Origin: an uncultured delta proteobacterium
GTDB taxonomy: Bacteria; Myxococcota; Myxococcia; Myxococcales; Anaeromyxobacteraceae
Assembly: GCA_963828255.1 (NCBI GenBank)
Contig: CAWHDZ010000027.1
Location: 64,001 to 128,000 of the forward strand
Length of the DNA stretch: 64,000 nt
Direction of reading: 5' to 3'
Shown here piece by piece: positions 17,560 to 27,170 of this stretch. The position numbers and the translations under genes are program-made. The notes beneath the pieces are model-generated. The model did no database searches. It saw only the letters and a program-made list of their open reading frames with translations, and was not told the origin of the DNA. The first letter of the stretch is position 1. Each line of letters begins with the position of its first letter.

Positions 17560-18102
17560 ATGCTCGAGTCGGCACCTCTCCGTTCCCTCCTCTTCGGGCT
17601 GCTCCTCTTCGCCCTCCCCTCCCTGGCCGCCGATCCGGCGCCAGCGCCCGTCCTGCACCGATCGTCCCTGGCCGCGGTGCTCGCTCGGCGAGGCGCGCTC
17701 CAGCTCACGCCCGACCAGGTGAAGACCCTGGAGCAGGCCGACGCGCGGCTCGCCCGCGAGCAGGAGAGCGCCCGGGCGGCGCGGGCCTACCCGGATGGCG
17801 GGCCCGGCGGGGATCAGCCGGGGAGCCAGCCCGGGGGGCCACCCGGAAGGAAGCCCGGAGGTCCGTCCAGCGGAGGCCCAGGCGGCGGCGCGTCCGGCGG
17901 AAAGGGGCGGCCCACCCCTCGGCCGTCCACCGGGCCCGGCCCGGCCGAGCAGCTCGAGCAGGAACTCGACGCCCTCGACACCCAGGCCTTCCTGAAGGCG
18001 CTGGAGGGGCTGCCCGAATCCCAGCGCGATAAGGTGACGGACGTGGCGTCACGCCACCGCGAGCTCGTCTTCGAGCAGCGCGAGCGCGAGAGGTCCCGTT
18101 GA
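17560..18102 (+). CDS. Exported hypothetical protein, Spy/CpxP-like LTxxQ helical hairpin with a Gly/Pro insert
   Basis: AGGAG RBS, signal peptide ending PSLA, LQLTPDQV motif, helical C-terminal half with LPESQR. Confidence 0.7.
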   Translation: MLESAPLRSLLFGLLLFALPSLAADPAPAPVLHRSSLAAVLARRGALQLTPDQVKTLEQADARLAREQESARAARAYPDGGPGGDQPGSQPGGPPGRKPGGPSSGGPGGGASGGKGRPTPRPSTGPGPAEQLEQELDALDTQAFLKALEGLPESQRDKVTDVASRHRELVFEQRERERSR

Positions 18103-18151
18103 TCGCCGGGGTGGCGGCGGACCGTGGGATGATGGACCGGAGGGAGAACGG

Positions 18152-18874
18152 ATGACGAAGAGTGCGAAGGGCGGCGCGCGGTCCCAGCGGACCCTCTGCA
18201 TCGACATCGGAGGAACGGGGCTGAAGACGATGATCGTCTCGGCCAGCGGCAAGCCCCTCTCCGAGCGGGTGCGGATCGTGACGCCGCGCCCGGCCACGCC
18301 CCGGGCCATCTGCGCAGCGCTTCTCCAGGTCATCCCCGATCGCACCCGGTTCGACCGGGTGTCGGTCGGGTTTCCCGGCGTCGTCGTGGACGGGGTGACC
18401 CGGACCGCACCCAACCTCCACCCGGCCTGGAAGGGCTTCGCGCTCGCAACCTGGGTCCTCCGATCGACCGGTCGCCCCACCCGCGTCTTGAACGACGCGG
18501 GCGTCCAGGGGCACGGGGTCGTGAAGGGGCTCGGGACGGAGATCTGCGTCACCCTCGGCACCGGCTTCGGCTTCTCCCTCTTCGTGAACGGCCACTACGT
18601 GCCCAACGTCGAGTTCGGCCACCACCCCTTCCGCATGGGCAGGAGCTACGAGGAACTGCTCGGGGACGCGGCGTTGAAGCGCCGTGGCAAGAGGAAGTGG
18701 AATGCGACGCTCAAGGCGGCGGTCGCGCAGCTCCAGGACACCTTCAACTTCCGCGCCCTCTACCTCGGCGGAGGCAACGCCCGGATGGTCGCGTTCCAGC
18801 TGCCCAGCAACGTGAAGCTGGTGGACAACGTCGCGGGGCTCCTGGGGGGCGTCAAGCTGTGGGAGCGGGACTGA
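18152..18874 (+). CDS. ROK-family sugar kinase, polyphosphate glucokinase-like
   Basis: IDIGGTGLK, VGFPGVV, LNDA, TLGTGFG, NVEFGH and LYLGGGN motifs. Confidence 0.88.
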   Translation: MTKSAKGGARSQRTLCIDIGGTGLKTMIVSASGKPLSERVRIVTPRPATPRAICAALLQVIPDRTRFDRVSVGFPGVVVDGVTRTAPNLHPAWKGFALATWVLRSTGRPTRVLNDAGVQGHGVVKGLGTEICVTLGTGFGFSLFVNGHYVPNVEFGHHPFRMGRSYEELLGDAALKRRGKRKWNATLKAAVAQLQDTFNFRALYLGGGNARMVAFQLPSNVKLVDNVAGLLGGVKLWERD

Positions 18875-19595
18875 GCGCGGGCCTGCGCGGGTGAGGTCCT
18901 TCCGTGGGGCCGGCGCCCGTGGGTGTGCCTCGTCTCCGCGCCGCTTGACCTCGCGCCCCGGGGTATGCGTGGTCGCGGCGATAGGGTGAAGCATCCGGCT
19001 CGAAGCCGCTCCATCTCGGCGTCTTCGATTGTGGCGCTGCGGAGGCGGCGCCCGACGAGGCCACCCCGGGCGCCTGGTGGAAGGACGTCGCCGCGACGCC
19101 CGCGAGCAGCGCCCGCGGGTGAAGCGTCGCCCGCGAATCGCCGGCGCGCGAGTGGCCGCCCGGATCTCCCCTCGAAGCGCGCTGTTCGCGTCGCCTTCGG
19201 CCCGGGCTTCCAGGCGCCCCCTGGCTGGCCCGGGCCCGTCGCGAGGCACACGATGCCGTAGGCGAGCCGGGCACACGACGACGGAGCAGCGGAGGCGTGC
19301 CAGGATGGCACGTCGAGCAGCGGACGGAGGAGTCTGCACGGCGCAGGCAGGCAGCGTGCGCCGCAGCAGGGCTCGGGCCAGCCGGTGGGCGCCATTCGCC
19401 GGCGCGGGCGTCCCTCGCAGCGGCGCCTCCGCAAGGGGCGCCGGGAACGGGCGATGCTCTGGCCCGGCGTGACCCGGCGCCATTCACCCTAAGTAAACAG
19501 CGACCCTGAGGACAAGCGTCGCGGAGAGGGATGCCCACGCGCCGGCGGCAGACAGCCTGCTGGAACGAAGGCGATCCGCGCGACCGCCCCCGCCC

Positions 19596-21239
19596 TTACG
19601 GGGCCAGCGCCCGGGCGACGATCACGCGCGCCTCCTCGACGATCGCGGCGAGGTGGCTCTCATCCCGGAAGCTCTCCGCGTAGATCTTGTAGACGTTCTC
19701 GGTCCCCGACGGCCGCGCCGCGAACCAGCCGCTCCGGGCCACCACCTTGAGCCCGCCGATGGAAGCGCCGTTGCCCGGGGCGCGGGTCAGCTTGGCCTCG
19801 ATGGGCTCGCCGGCGAGGCTTCCATCCTTCACCGCCTCCGGCGAGAGCTTCGAGAGCCGCGCCTTCTCCTCCGGGGTGGCGGCCGCGTCGATGCGGGTGT
19901 AGACGGGCGAGCCGTAGGCCGCGGTGAGTTCCCGGTAGTGCTCGCCCGGCTCCCGGCCGGTGGTGGCCGCGATCTCGGCGGCCAGCAGGTTCATGACCGG
20001 GCCGTCCTTGTCGGTGGTCCAGACCGTCCCGTCCATGCGCAGGAAGCTCGCGCCGGCGCTCTCCTCGCCCGCGAAGCACAGGGACCCGTCGAAGAGCCCG
20101 GAGACGAACCACTTGAAGCCGACGGGCACCTCGGAAAGCCGCCGCCCCAGCCCGGCCACCACCCGGTCGATCATCCCCGACGAGACCAGCGTCTTCCCCA
20201 CCGCGGCGTCGGCGCGCCAGCGCGGCCGGTGGCCGAGCAGGTAACGGATGGCCACCGCCAGGAAGTGGTTCGGGTTCATGAGCCCGGCCGACGGCGTCAC
20301 GATGCCGTGCCGATCGCTGTCCGGATCGTTTGCGAAGGCCACGCGGAAGCGGTCCTTCAGTCCGACCAGGCCCGCCATGGCCCACGGGCTCGAGCAGTCC
20401 ATGCGGATCTTGCCGTCGTGGTCCACCGTCATGAAGCCGAAGCGGGGATCGACGACCGGGTTCACCACCTTCACGTCCAGTCCGTGGACGGCGTTCACGA
20501 CCTCCCAGTAGTGCCGGGCCGCCCCGCCCAGGGGATCGACCCCCAGCGAGATCCCGGAGGCGCGGACGGCGGCCAGGTCCACCACGCTCGGGAGGTCCCG
20601 GACGTAGGGGAGGACCAGATCCTCCTGCCGCGTGGTGGGGGCGGAGATGGCCCGCTCGTACGGGATGCGCCGCACGCCGGCGTTGCCGCCGCGGAGCAGC
20701 TCGTTGGCCCGGTCCTGCACCCAGCCGGTCACGTCGGTGTCGGCCGGGCCGCCGTTCTCCGGGTTGTACTTGAAGCCGCCGTCCTCGGGCGGGTTGTGCG
20801 ACGGGGTCACCACGATGCCGTCGGCGCGCCGCTCCGTCCGCCCCCGGTTGTGGACCAGGATGGCCCGGGAGACGACCGGCGTGGGGGTGAAGCCGTCCCG
20901 CTCCTGGATCACGGTCTCCACCCCGTTCGCCGCCAGGACCTCGAGCGCGGTCCGCTGGGCCGGTCCGGACAGCGCGTGGGTGTCCTTCCCCATGTAGAGC
21001 GGCCCGTCGGTGCCGGCCCTGCGCCGCCACTCGCAGATGGCCTGGGACATGGCCAGGATGTGGGCCTCGTTGAACGACCCGCGCAGCGACGACCCGCGGT
21101 GGCCGCTGGTCCCGAAGGACACGAGCTGGACCGGATCGGAAGGGTCGGGAGCCCGGTCGAAGTACTGCCCGGTGAGGCGCTCCAGGTCGACCAGAAGCGA
21201 AGCGGGGGCGGGCTTTCCCGCCAGCGGGGAGATGGCCAC
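19596..21239 (-). CDS. pgm: Phosphoglucomutase (alpha-D-glucose-1,6-bisphosphate dependent)
   Basis: [32 protein letters not shown] and RPSGTE motifs; GTG start after AGGAGG overlaps the pgi stop. Confidence 0.96.
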   Translation of the reverse strand: MAISPLAGKPAPASLLVDLERLTGQYFDRAPDPSDPVQLVSFGTSGHRGSSLRGSFNEAHILAMSQAICEWRRRAGTDGPLYMGKDTHALSGPAQRTALEVLAANGVETVIQERDGFTPTPVVSRAILVHNRGRTERRADGIVVTPSHNPPEDGGFKYNPENGGPADTDVTGWVQDRANELLRGGNAGVRRIPYERAISAPTTRQEDLVLPYVRDLPSVVDLAAVRASGISLGVDPLGGAARHYWEVVNAVHGLDVKVVNPVVDPRFGFMTVDHDGKIRMDCSSPWAMAGLVGLKDRFRVAFANDPDSDRHGIVTPSAGLMNPNHFLAVAIRYLLGHRPRWRADAAVGKTLVSSGMIDRVVAGLGRRLSEVPVGFKWFVSGLFDGSLCFAGEESAGASFLRMDGTVWTTDKDGPVMNLLAAEIAATTGREPGEHYRELTAAYGSPVYTRIDAAATPEEKARLSKLSPEAVKDGSLAGEPIEAKLTRAPGNGASIGGLKVVARSGWFAARPSGTENVYKIYAESFRDESHLAAIVEEARVIVARALAP

Positions 21240-22873
21240 TATTTCCTCCTCATGGAACGGTACCGCCGGATGAGCGCGCGGGTGGAGCCGTCGTGCGACG
21301 GGGCCGGCTCGGCCGGGCTCTCGAGCTCGCCGAGGATCCGCTGGGCCAGCACCTTCCCCAGCTCGACGCCCCACTGGTCGAACGGGTCGATCCCCCAGAT
21401 GACACTCTGCGTGTACACGTCGTGCTCGTACAGCGCGACCAGCCGCCCCAGCGCGGCCGGGGTGAGCCGGTCGAGGAGCAGCGTGCTGGTGGGACGGTTG
21501 CCCTCGAAGACCCGGTGGGGCACGAGCCAGCCCGGCGTGCCCTCGGCCGCCACCTCCTCGGCGGTCTTCCCGAAGGCCAGCGCCTCGGCCTGGGCCAGCA
21601 CGTTGGCGACGAGCATGTCGTGGTGGGGCCCCAGGGGATTCAGCGAGTGGGCGAAGGCGATGAGGTCGGCCGGGACGAGGCGCATGCCCTGGTGGATGAG
21701 CTGGTAGAAGGAGTGCTGGCCGTTGGTTCCCGGCTCGCCCCAGTAGATGGGGCCAGTGCTGGCCTCGACCGGCCGCCCGTCCAGCCCGACCCGCTTGCCG
21801 TTCGACTCCATGGTGAGCTGCTGCAGGTAGGCCGGGAACCTCTTGAGGTACTGGTCGTAGGGCAGGACCGCCACGGTCTCCGCGCCCAGGAAGTCGTTGT
21901 TCCAGAGGGAGAGGAGCGCCTTCAGGACCGGCAGGTTCCGCTCGAACGGGGCGGTGCGGAAGTGCTCGTCCATCTCGTGGAAGCCGCCCAGCATGGCGCG
22001 GAAGTTCTCCGCCCCCACCGCCAGCATGGTGGAGAGGCCGATGGCCGAGCCCATCGAGTAGCGCCCGCCCACCCAGTCCCAGAACCCGAACATGTTTGCG
22101 AGGTCGATGCCGAACGCGGCCACCCGGGGCGCGCTGGTGGAGACGGCCACGAAGTGGCGCGCCACGGCCCGCGTGTCGCCCGAGAGCCCGGCCAGGGACC
22201 ACTCCCGCGCGGTGTGCGCGTTGGTCATGGTCTCCTGGGTGGTGAAGGTCTTCGAGCAGACGACGAAGAGGGTCTCGGCGGGATCCAGGTCCCAGGTGGC
22301 CTCGGCGAAGTCGGTGCCGTCCACGTTGGACACGAAGCGGAAGGTGAGCGAGCGGTCGGCGTGGTGACGCAGGGCCTCGTAGGCCATCACCGGACCCAGG
22401 TCCGAGCCGCCGATCCCCACGTTCACCACGCTGCGGATCGGCTTGCCCGTGTGGCCGAGCCAGGCGCCGCTCCGCACCCGGTCGCAGAACGCGGCCATGC
22501 GGTCGAGCACGGCGTGGACCTGGGGCACCACGTCCTCGCCGTCCACGAGGATCGACGCGCCCCGCGGGGCGCGCAGTGCCACGTGCAGGGCGGGCCGGTC
22601 CTCGGTCACGTTGACCCGGTCGCCCCGGAACATGGCGTCGATGCGCTCCCGCAAGCCCGACTCGTGGGCCAGGGAGACGAGCAGCCGGAGCGTCTCGTCG
22701 GTGACGCGCTGCTTCGCGTAGTCGAGGTAGATCCCGGCGGCTTCCAGCGTGAGCCGCTCGCCCCGGCCCGGGTCGTCGGCGAAGAGCCTTCGCAGGTGCA
22801 GGCCCCCCACCGCGTCGCGGTGGGCGGAGAGCGCCTTCCAGGCCGGGCGTTCCCGGAGCGGGAGCGGCTTCAC
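21239..22873 (-). CDS. pgi: Glucose-6-phosphate isomerase
   Basis: [36 protein letters not shown] and [10 protein letters not shown] motifs; GTG start overlaps the tal stop. Confidence 0.96.
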   Translation of the reverse strand: MKPLPLRERPAWKALSAHRDAVGGLHLRRLFADDPGRGERLTLEAAGIYLDYAKQRVTDETLRLLVSLAHESGLRERIDAMFRGDRVNVTEDRPALHVALRAPRGASILVDGEDVVPQVHAVLDRMAAFCDRVRSGAWLGHTGKPIRSVVNVGIGGSDLGPVMAYEALRHHADRSLTFRFVSNVDGTDFAEATWDLDPAETLFVVCSKTFTTQETMTNAHTAREWSLAGLSGDTRAVARHFVAVSTSAPRVAAFGIDLANMFGFWDWVGGRYSMGSAIGLSTMLAVGAENFRAMLGGFHEMDEHFRTAPFERNLPVLKALLSLWNNDFLGAETVAVLPYDQYLKRFPAYLQQLTMESNGKRVGLDGRPVEASTGPIYWGEPGTNGQHSFYQLIHQGMRLVPADLIAFAHSLNPLGPHHDMLVANVLAQAEALAFGKTAEEVAAEGTPGWLVPHRVFEGNRPTSTLLLDRLTPAALGRLVALYEHDVYTQSVIWGIDPFDQWGVELGKVLAQRILGELESPAEPAPSHDGSTRALIRRYRSMRRK

Positions 22874-23955
22874 GACGCCGGCCCGGCCGCACCGGCCTTG
22901 CCGGCGAGCCCCTCGAGCAGGTCGTTCCAGGACTTCACGAAGGCCCTGGCCCCGTCGGCCTGGAGCTGGGCGGCCAGCGCGTCCACGTCCACCCCGGCCC
23001 GGGCGTGGCGCGCGATCACCTCCTCGGCGTCGCCGCCGTCGGCGGGGATGGGCGCCCCCACCTCGCCGTGATCGGCGAAGGCGAGCAGCGTCGCCTCCGG
23101 GACGGTGTTCACCGTGTACGGGGCCGCCAGGGCCTTCACGTAGAGCGAATCGGGAGCCGCCGGATCCTTGGTCCCGGTGCTGGCCCAGAGGACGCGCTGC
23201 GGCCTCGCTCCGGCGTTCTGCGCCCGCAGCCAGCGCGCCGAGCCGTGCAGGGCCCGCGCGGCGACGTGGGTGCGGAGCGCGATGGCGTTCCCCAGCCGGT
23301 TCCGGAGGTCGGCCGGGACCTTCGAGGCCACGGCGACGTCCCAGCGGCTCACGAAGACGGAGGCCACCGAGCGGACGTCCGGATCGAGCCCGGCGGCGAT
23401 GCGCCTCTCCACCCCGCGCAGCCAGGCATCGGCGGCGGCCAGGTACTGCTCCCGCGAGAAGAGCAGCGTCACGTTCACCGGGACGCCGGCGAAGGTGACC
23501 TCCTCGATGGCGGGGAGCCCCTCCCGCGTTCCCGGGATCTTGATGTGCAGGTTGGGGCGGCCGGCCCGGGCGTGGAGTTCCTGGGCGACCTTCACGGTGC
23601 TCCGGGTGTCGTAGGCGAGCAGCGGCGACACCTCCAGGGAGACGAAGCCGTCCACCCCGGCGGTGCGCTCGTGGACCGGGAGGAAGAGGTCGGCGGCGCG
23701 GGTCAGGTCGTCGAGGGCCAGGTCGAAGAACAGGTCCTCCCCGGTGCGTCCGGCCTTCACGCCGGCCCGGATGGCCTCGTCGTAGGCGGCGCTCTTCTTC
23801 AGGGCCTGGTCGAAGATGGAGGGGTTGGAGGTGAGCCCGGTCACCGATAGCTCGTCGATGTAGCGCTTCAGCGTGCCCGACGTGAGCAGGTCGCGGGTGA
23901 TGTTGTCGAGCCAGATGCTCTGGCCCAGGTCGTGGAGTCTCTGCGTGGCCTTCAT
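22870..23955 (-). CDS. tal: Transaldolase (long, about 360-aa type)
   Basis: [38 protein letters not shown] and LWASTGTK motifs. Confidence 0.96.
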   Translation of the reverse strand: MKATQRLHDLGQSIWLDNITRDLLTSGTLKRYIDELSVTGLTSNPSIFDQALKKSAAYDEAIRAGVKAGRTGEDLFFDLALDDLTRAADLFLPVHERTAGVDGFVSLEVSPLLAYDTRSTVKVAQELHARAGRPNLHIKIPGTREGLPAIEEVTFAGVPVNVTLLFSREQYLAAADAWLRGVERRIAAGLDPDVRSVASVFVSRWDVAVASKVPADLRNRLGNAIALRTHVAARALHGSARWLRAQNAGARPQRVLWASTGTKDPAAPDSLYVKALAAPYTVNTVPEATLLAFADHGEVGAPIPADGGDAEEVIARHARAGVDVDALAAQLQADGARAFVKSWNDLLEGLAGKAGAAGPAS

Positions 23956-24060
23956 CGGTCACCTCGGGATGGGGCGCACAGTCTAGCGCACCCCCGATGG
24001 GACTCTGGCTGATCCGGGTATTGCCCCGTCGGGGCCGCTCCCCCGGGCATCGCGTGCCGC

Positions 24061-24066
24061 TACCCT
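24061..24066 (+). promoter_or_regulatory. Candidate -10 element for a leaderless transcript
   Basis: TACCCT 7 nt before ATG 24074; no Shine-Dalgarno sequence. Confidence 0.4.
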
Positions 24067-24073
24067 GGCGTCC

Positions 24074-24892
24074 ATGCCCACCGCGGTCGTCACGGGATCC
24101 CAGTCCGAAACGGGTCGGGCCATCCGGACCGAGCTCGAGTCCTCCGGCTGGCGCGTCCTGGGGGTGGACCTGCCCGGCCAGGGAGCGGAGGTCGAGAGCG
24201 ACCTCTCCACCGACGCGGGCCGGACCGCGGCCACCGAGGCGCTGCTCGCCGCGTGCGGCGGACGGATCGACGCGGTGGCGGCCAACGCCGGGGTGGACCT
24301 TCCCCGGCCGGAGCTGGTCTTCGGGCTCAACTACGCAGGGGTGGTGGACCTGCTCGGGCGGCTGCGGCCCGCGCTCGCCGCCGCCGGGCGCGCCCGGGTG
24401 GCGGTGAACGTCGGGAACTCCATCCTGGTCACCCCGGGGATCCCCCTCGCCGCGGTCCAGGCCCTCCTCGACGGCAACCCCATCCGCGCCGTCCGCCTCC
24501 TCGAGGCCCAGCCCGCCCTGGCCTACCAGGTGAGCAAGCTCGCGGTGGCCCGCTGGATCCGCGAGTCGGCGCCCACGGCCACCTGGGCCGGGGCCGGGAT
24601 CTCCATGAACGGGGTCTGCCCGGGACCGGTGATGACGCCGCTCCTGGAGCGCGACCTGGCCGACCCGCGCAAGGGTCCGGCCCTCCGGCGCATGCCCCGG
24701 CCCCTGGGCGAGTTTCCCCCGCCCCGGGCCGTGGCCGAGCTCTTCGGATTCCTGCTCTCGGAGCGGGCCCGCTTCCTGGTGGGGCAGCTCATCTGCATCG
24801 ACGGGGGCATCGAGGCCTCCTGGCGCGCCGGCGACTGGCCGCGCGCCTGGGACATCGAGCTCCCGGTCTTCCGCCGGCTCATCGGGAGCTAG
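24074..24892 (+). CDS. Short-chain dehydrogenase/reductase (3-alpha-HSD-like subfamily)
   Basis: [10 protein letters not shown] (variant Rossmann), ANAG, YQVSK catalytic Yxxx[15 protein letters not shown]. Confidence 0.88.
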   Translation: MPTAVVTGSQSETGRAIRTELESSGWRVLGVDLPGQGAEVESDLSTDAGRTAATEALLAACGGRIDAVAANAGVDLPRPELVFGLNYAGVVDLLGRLRPALAAAGRARVAVNVGNSILVTPGIPLAAVQALLDGNPIRAVRLLEAQPALAYQVSKLAVARWIRESAPTATWAGAGISMNGVCPGPVMTPLLERDLADPRKGPALRRMPRPLGEFPPPRAVAELFGFLLSERARFLVGQLICIDGGIEASWRAGDWPRAWDIELPVFRRLIGS

Positions 24893-24916
24893 CGCCCCGG
24901 GCGGAGCTGCGGAACC

Positions 24917-25639
24917 CTAGGCAAGGTTGTGGAACACCCGCTGGACGTCCTCGTCCTGCTCGAGCGCGTCGATCATCTCGAGCACCTCCTTGGCCTTGTC
25001 CTCGGGGAGCTCGACCGGCGTCTGGGCCACGTACTCCAGGTCGGCGGAGAGGACGGGGAGCTTCCGCTCCTCGAGCGCAGCACCCAGCGTCCCGAAGTTG
25101 CCGTAGGCGCAGCGGATGACGACCTGCTTCTCCCCCTTCTCGCCGGTGGACTCTCCCATCTCCTCGAGGCCGTGGTCGATGAGCTCCATCTCGAGCGCGT
25201 CCTGGTCGAGCCCCTCCGGCGACAGCCGGAAGACCCCCATCCGCTGGAACTGGAAGGCCACGCTGCCGGTCGTGCCCAGGTTTCCGCCGTGGTTCTTGAA
25301 GCCCACCCGGACGTTGGCGACGGTGCGGACCACGTTGTCGGTGGCGGTCTCGACCACCACCGCGATCCCGTGGGGCGCATACCCCTCGTAGAGGACGACC
25401 TCGTAAGCCTGCTGGTCCTGGCCGGTGGCGCGCTTGATGGCGGCCTCGACCTTGTCCTTCGGCATGTTGGCGCCGCGGGCGTTCTGCAGGGCCCGGCGCA
25501 GCGCCGGGTTGTCCTTGGGGTTGGGCCCCCCCACCTTCACCGCGATGGCGATGTCCTTGCTGATGCGGGTGAAGACCTTCGCCATCTTGTTCCACCGGGC
25601 GAACATGGTGGCCTTGCGGGTCTCGAAGATGCGTCCCAT
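24917..25639 (-). CDS. yebC: YebC/PmpR family protein
   Basis: MGRIFETRK start, [34 protein letters not shown] and [10 protein letters not shown]. Confidence 0.95.
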   Translation of the reverse strand: MGRIFETRKATMFARWNKMAKVFTRISKDIAIAVKVGGPNPKDNPALRRALQNARGANMPKDKVEAAIKRATGQDQQAYEVVLYEGYAPHGIAVVVETATDNVVRTVANVRVGFKNHGGNLGTTGSVAFQFQRMGVFRLSPEGLDQDALEMELIDHGLEEMGESTGEKGEKQVVIRCAYGNFGTLGAALEERKLPVLSADLEYVAQTPVELPEDKAKEVLEMIDALEQDEDVQRVFHNLA

Positions 25640-25740
25640 GGGAGGGCCGGATACCCCACGGATGGCCCCTCGCGCAAGCTCCACGTGGGCTGCCATCGGG
25701 GGAAGGGGGCTTCTTGCAGGTATGCAACCGCCAGCGATCG

Positions 25741-26090
25741 GGGGTCCTCGCGCTCCTCGCCTCCTTTCTCATCGTCTCGGGCACCTCCATCTGCAGCTAC
25801 CGCGAGACGGTGGATGCGCACACCCGGGTGACGCGGGCGCCGTCCTCTCCGAGACCTGGCGTGACCACCGGCTGCGGGTCCGGACCATCCCGTCGGCGCT
25901 GGATCCCGGCCTCGCTACCTGGTCACCATCGCCGCCCTGGCGTTTCCGGAGGGGCGGCGTGGTGAGGTGATGATCCGCATCTTCACCTACGGTGAGGGAC
26001 GGGCGGTCCTGGAGGTGAAGGACGACAGCCATCGTCGCCGCCCATGACGGCACGCTGACCGTGGAGAGCGCGCACGGCGAGGCGAACACG
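25741..26090 (+). pseudogene. Decayed sensor histidine kinase relic (TM fragment plus HATPase_c fragments)
   Basis: About 25916-26028 translates as YLVTIAALAFPEGRRGEVMIRIFTYGEGRAVLEVKDD (N-box to G1 approach). It then shifts frame to AIVAAHDGTLTVESAHGEANT (post-G2). A hydrophobic stretch [17 protein letters not shown] lies upstream. Confidence 0.7.
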
Positions 26091-26103
26091 CCCGCATCTC
26101 GTG

Positions 26104-26109
26104 TATAGT
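26104..26109 (+). promoter_or_regulatory. Candidate -10 element for a leaderless or short-leader transcript
   Basis: TATAGT 9 nt before ATG 26119 in a GC-rich background. Confidence 0.5.
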
Positions 26110-26118
26110 GCCGGGGTC

Positions 26119-26589
26119 ATGGGGATCCTGCAGGCCCTCGACGAGCAGTTCCCTTCGCTCGAATGGGGGACATCCGAGGCCGCGGTGGAGGCCCTCTTCC
26201 CCGGCGGACGGCGGGAGCCGGGCTCGGCCTACGCGGTGGAGACCCACCTGGTCGGCTACCCGTATCCGGTGGTGCTGTTCTTCGCCTTCTCCCCTGGCCT
26301 CTCCACCGTCGAGGTCGAGTACCCGCGCAGCTACGATCTCGCCACCGGCGACATGCATCTCCCCGGGCGCATGGTGGCCGAGAGCATCTACCGGCACCTC
26401 TCCGCCCTGCTCATCATCGCCTTCGGCGGGGCGCCCCGGCCCCACGAGGACCTCCGGGCGGCCGACCGCGGCGACACCGTGCTCGCCGACCACAGCTGGA
26501 CCACCCGCGACTCGACGGTCCGGCTCGAATTCCGGCTCCAGTCGGGGCTGGGGCGGGTTCACGTCGAGATGAGGGCGCTGCGGCCATAG
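26119..26589 (+). CDS. Hypothetical protein
   Basis: GC-rich third codon positions and globular composition; fills the gap between neighbours; no family recognised. Confidence 0.7.
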   Translation: MGILQALDEQFPSLEWGTSEAAVEALFPGGRREPGSAYAVETHLVGYPYPVVLFFAFSPGLSTVEVEYPRSYDLATGDMHLPGRMVAESIYRHLSALLIIAFGGAPRPHEDLRAADRGDTVLADHSWTTRDSTVRLEFRLQSGLGRVHVEMRALRP

Positions 26590-26593
26590 CACG

Positions 26594-27151
26594 TCAAGGC
26601 TCGAGCCGGATCTCCCCGGCCCGCTCGGGGAGGAGCCCCACCTTCCCGGCGTAGGCCGCCCGGATGCGCTGCATGTCGGCCTCCCGGTCCCCGGTCATGC
26701 GAACGTAGTCGCGGAGCCCCACCTCGCGCTTCCCATAGTCGATGAAGGCGAGCCCCACCGGCACCCCGGCCTCGAGCGCCAGCCGGTAGAAGCCGGTCTT
26801 CCAGTGGGCGACGTGGGACCGCGTCCCCTCTGGGGCGATGGCCAGCCACATCCAGTCCCGTTTCCGGAACTCCTCGACCATCTGGCCGATGAGCCCGGTC
26901 CGCTCCCGCCGGTTCACGGGGATGCCCCCCATGCGCCGGAGCAGCCAACCCACCGGCCAGCGGAAGAGCGTGTCCTTTCCCACGAAGGCGATTGGGAGCC
27001 CCATCGCCATCTTGGTCAGGTAGCCGATGGGGAAGTCCCAGTTGGAGGTGTGGGGGTAGACGATGATGATCCCCTTCGGACCGGGAGGGGCGACGACGTC
27101 CACGCGCCACCCGAGGAGCGCGAGCATCCGGGTGGCCAGGGCGGGGATCAC
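26594..27151 (-). CDS. Lysophospholipid acyltransferase family protein (PlsC-like)
   Basis: PHTSNWD (HxxxxD), GGIPVNR, APEGTRS and WKTGFY motifs. Confidence 0.93.
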   Translation of the reverse strand: MIPALATRMLALLGWRVDVVAPPGPKGIIIVYPHTSNWDFPIGYLTKMAMGLPIAFVGKDTLFRWPVGWLLRRMGGIPVNRRERTGLIGQMVEEFRKRDWMWLAIAPEGTRSHVAHWKTGFYRLALEAGVPVGLAFIDYGKREVGLRDYVRMTGDREADMQRIRAAYAGKVGLLPERAGEIRLEP

Positions 27152-27170
27152 CGTGCCATCCTACCTCGGC
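27152..27170. promoter_or_regulatory. Candidate bidirectional promoter with overlapping -10 hexamers
   Basis: 19 bp separate two divergent GTG starts. Minus strand: TAGGAT-N6-GTG. Plus strand: TGc-CATCCT-N8-GTG. Confidence 0.5.

Noticed and set aside
19500..19575. CTGAGGA resembling a hammerhead ribozyme core
   Set aside because: No correctly placed GAAA or flanking stems were found.
19596..23962. Apparent giant ORFs suggesting tal-pgi or pgi-pgm fusions
   Set aside because: The extensions are off-frame read-back; each gene has its own stop and an overlapping GTG start.
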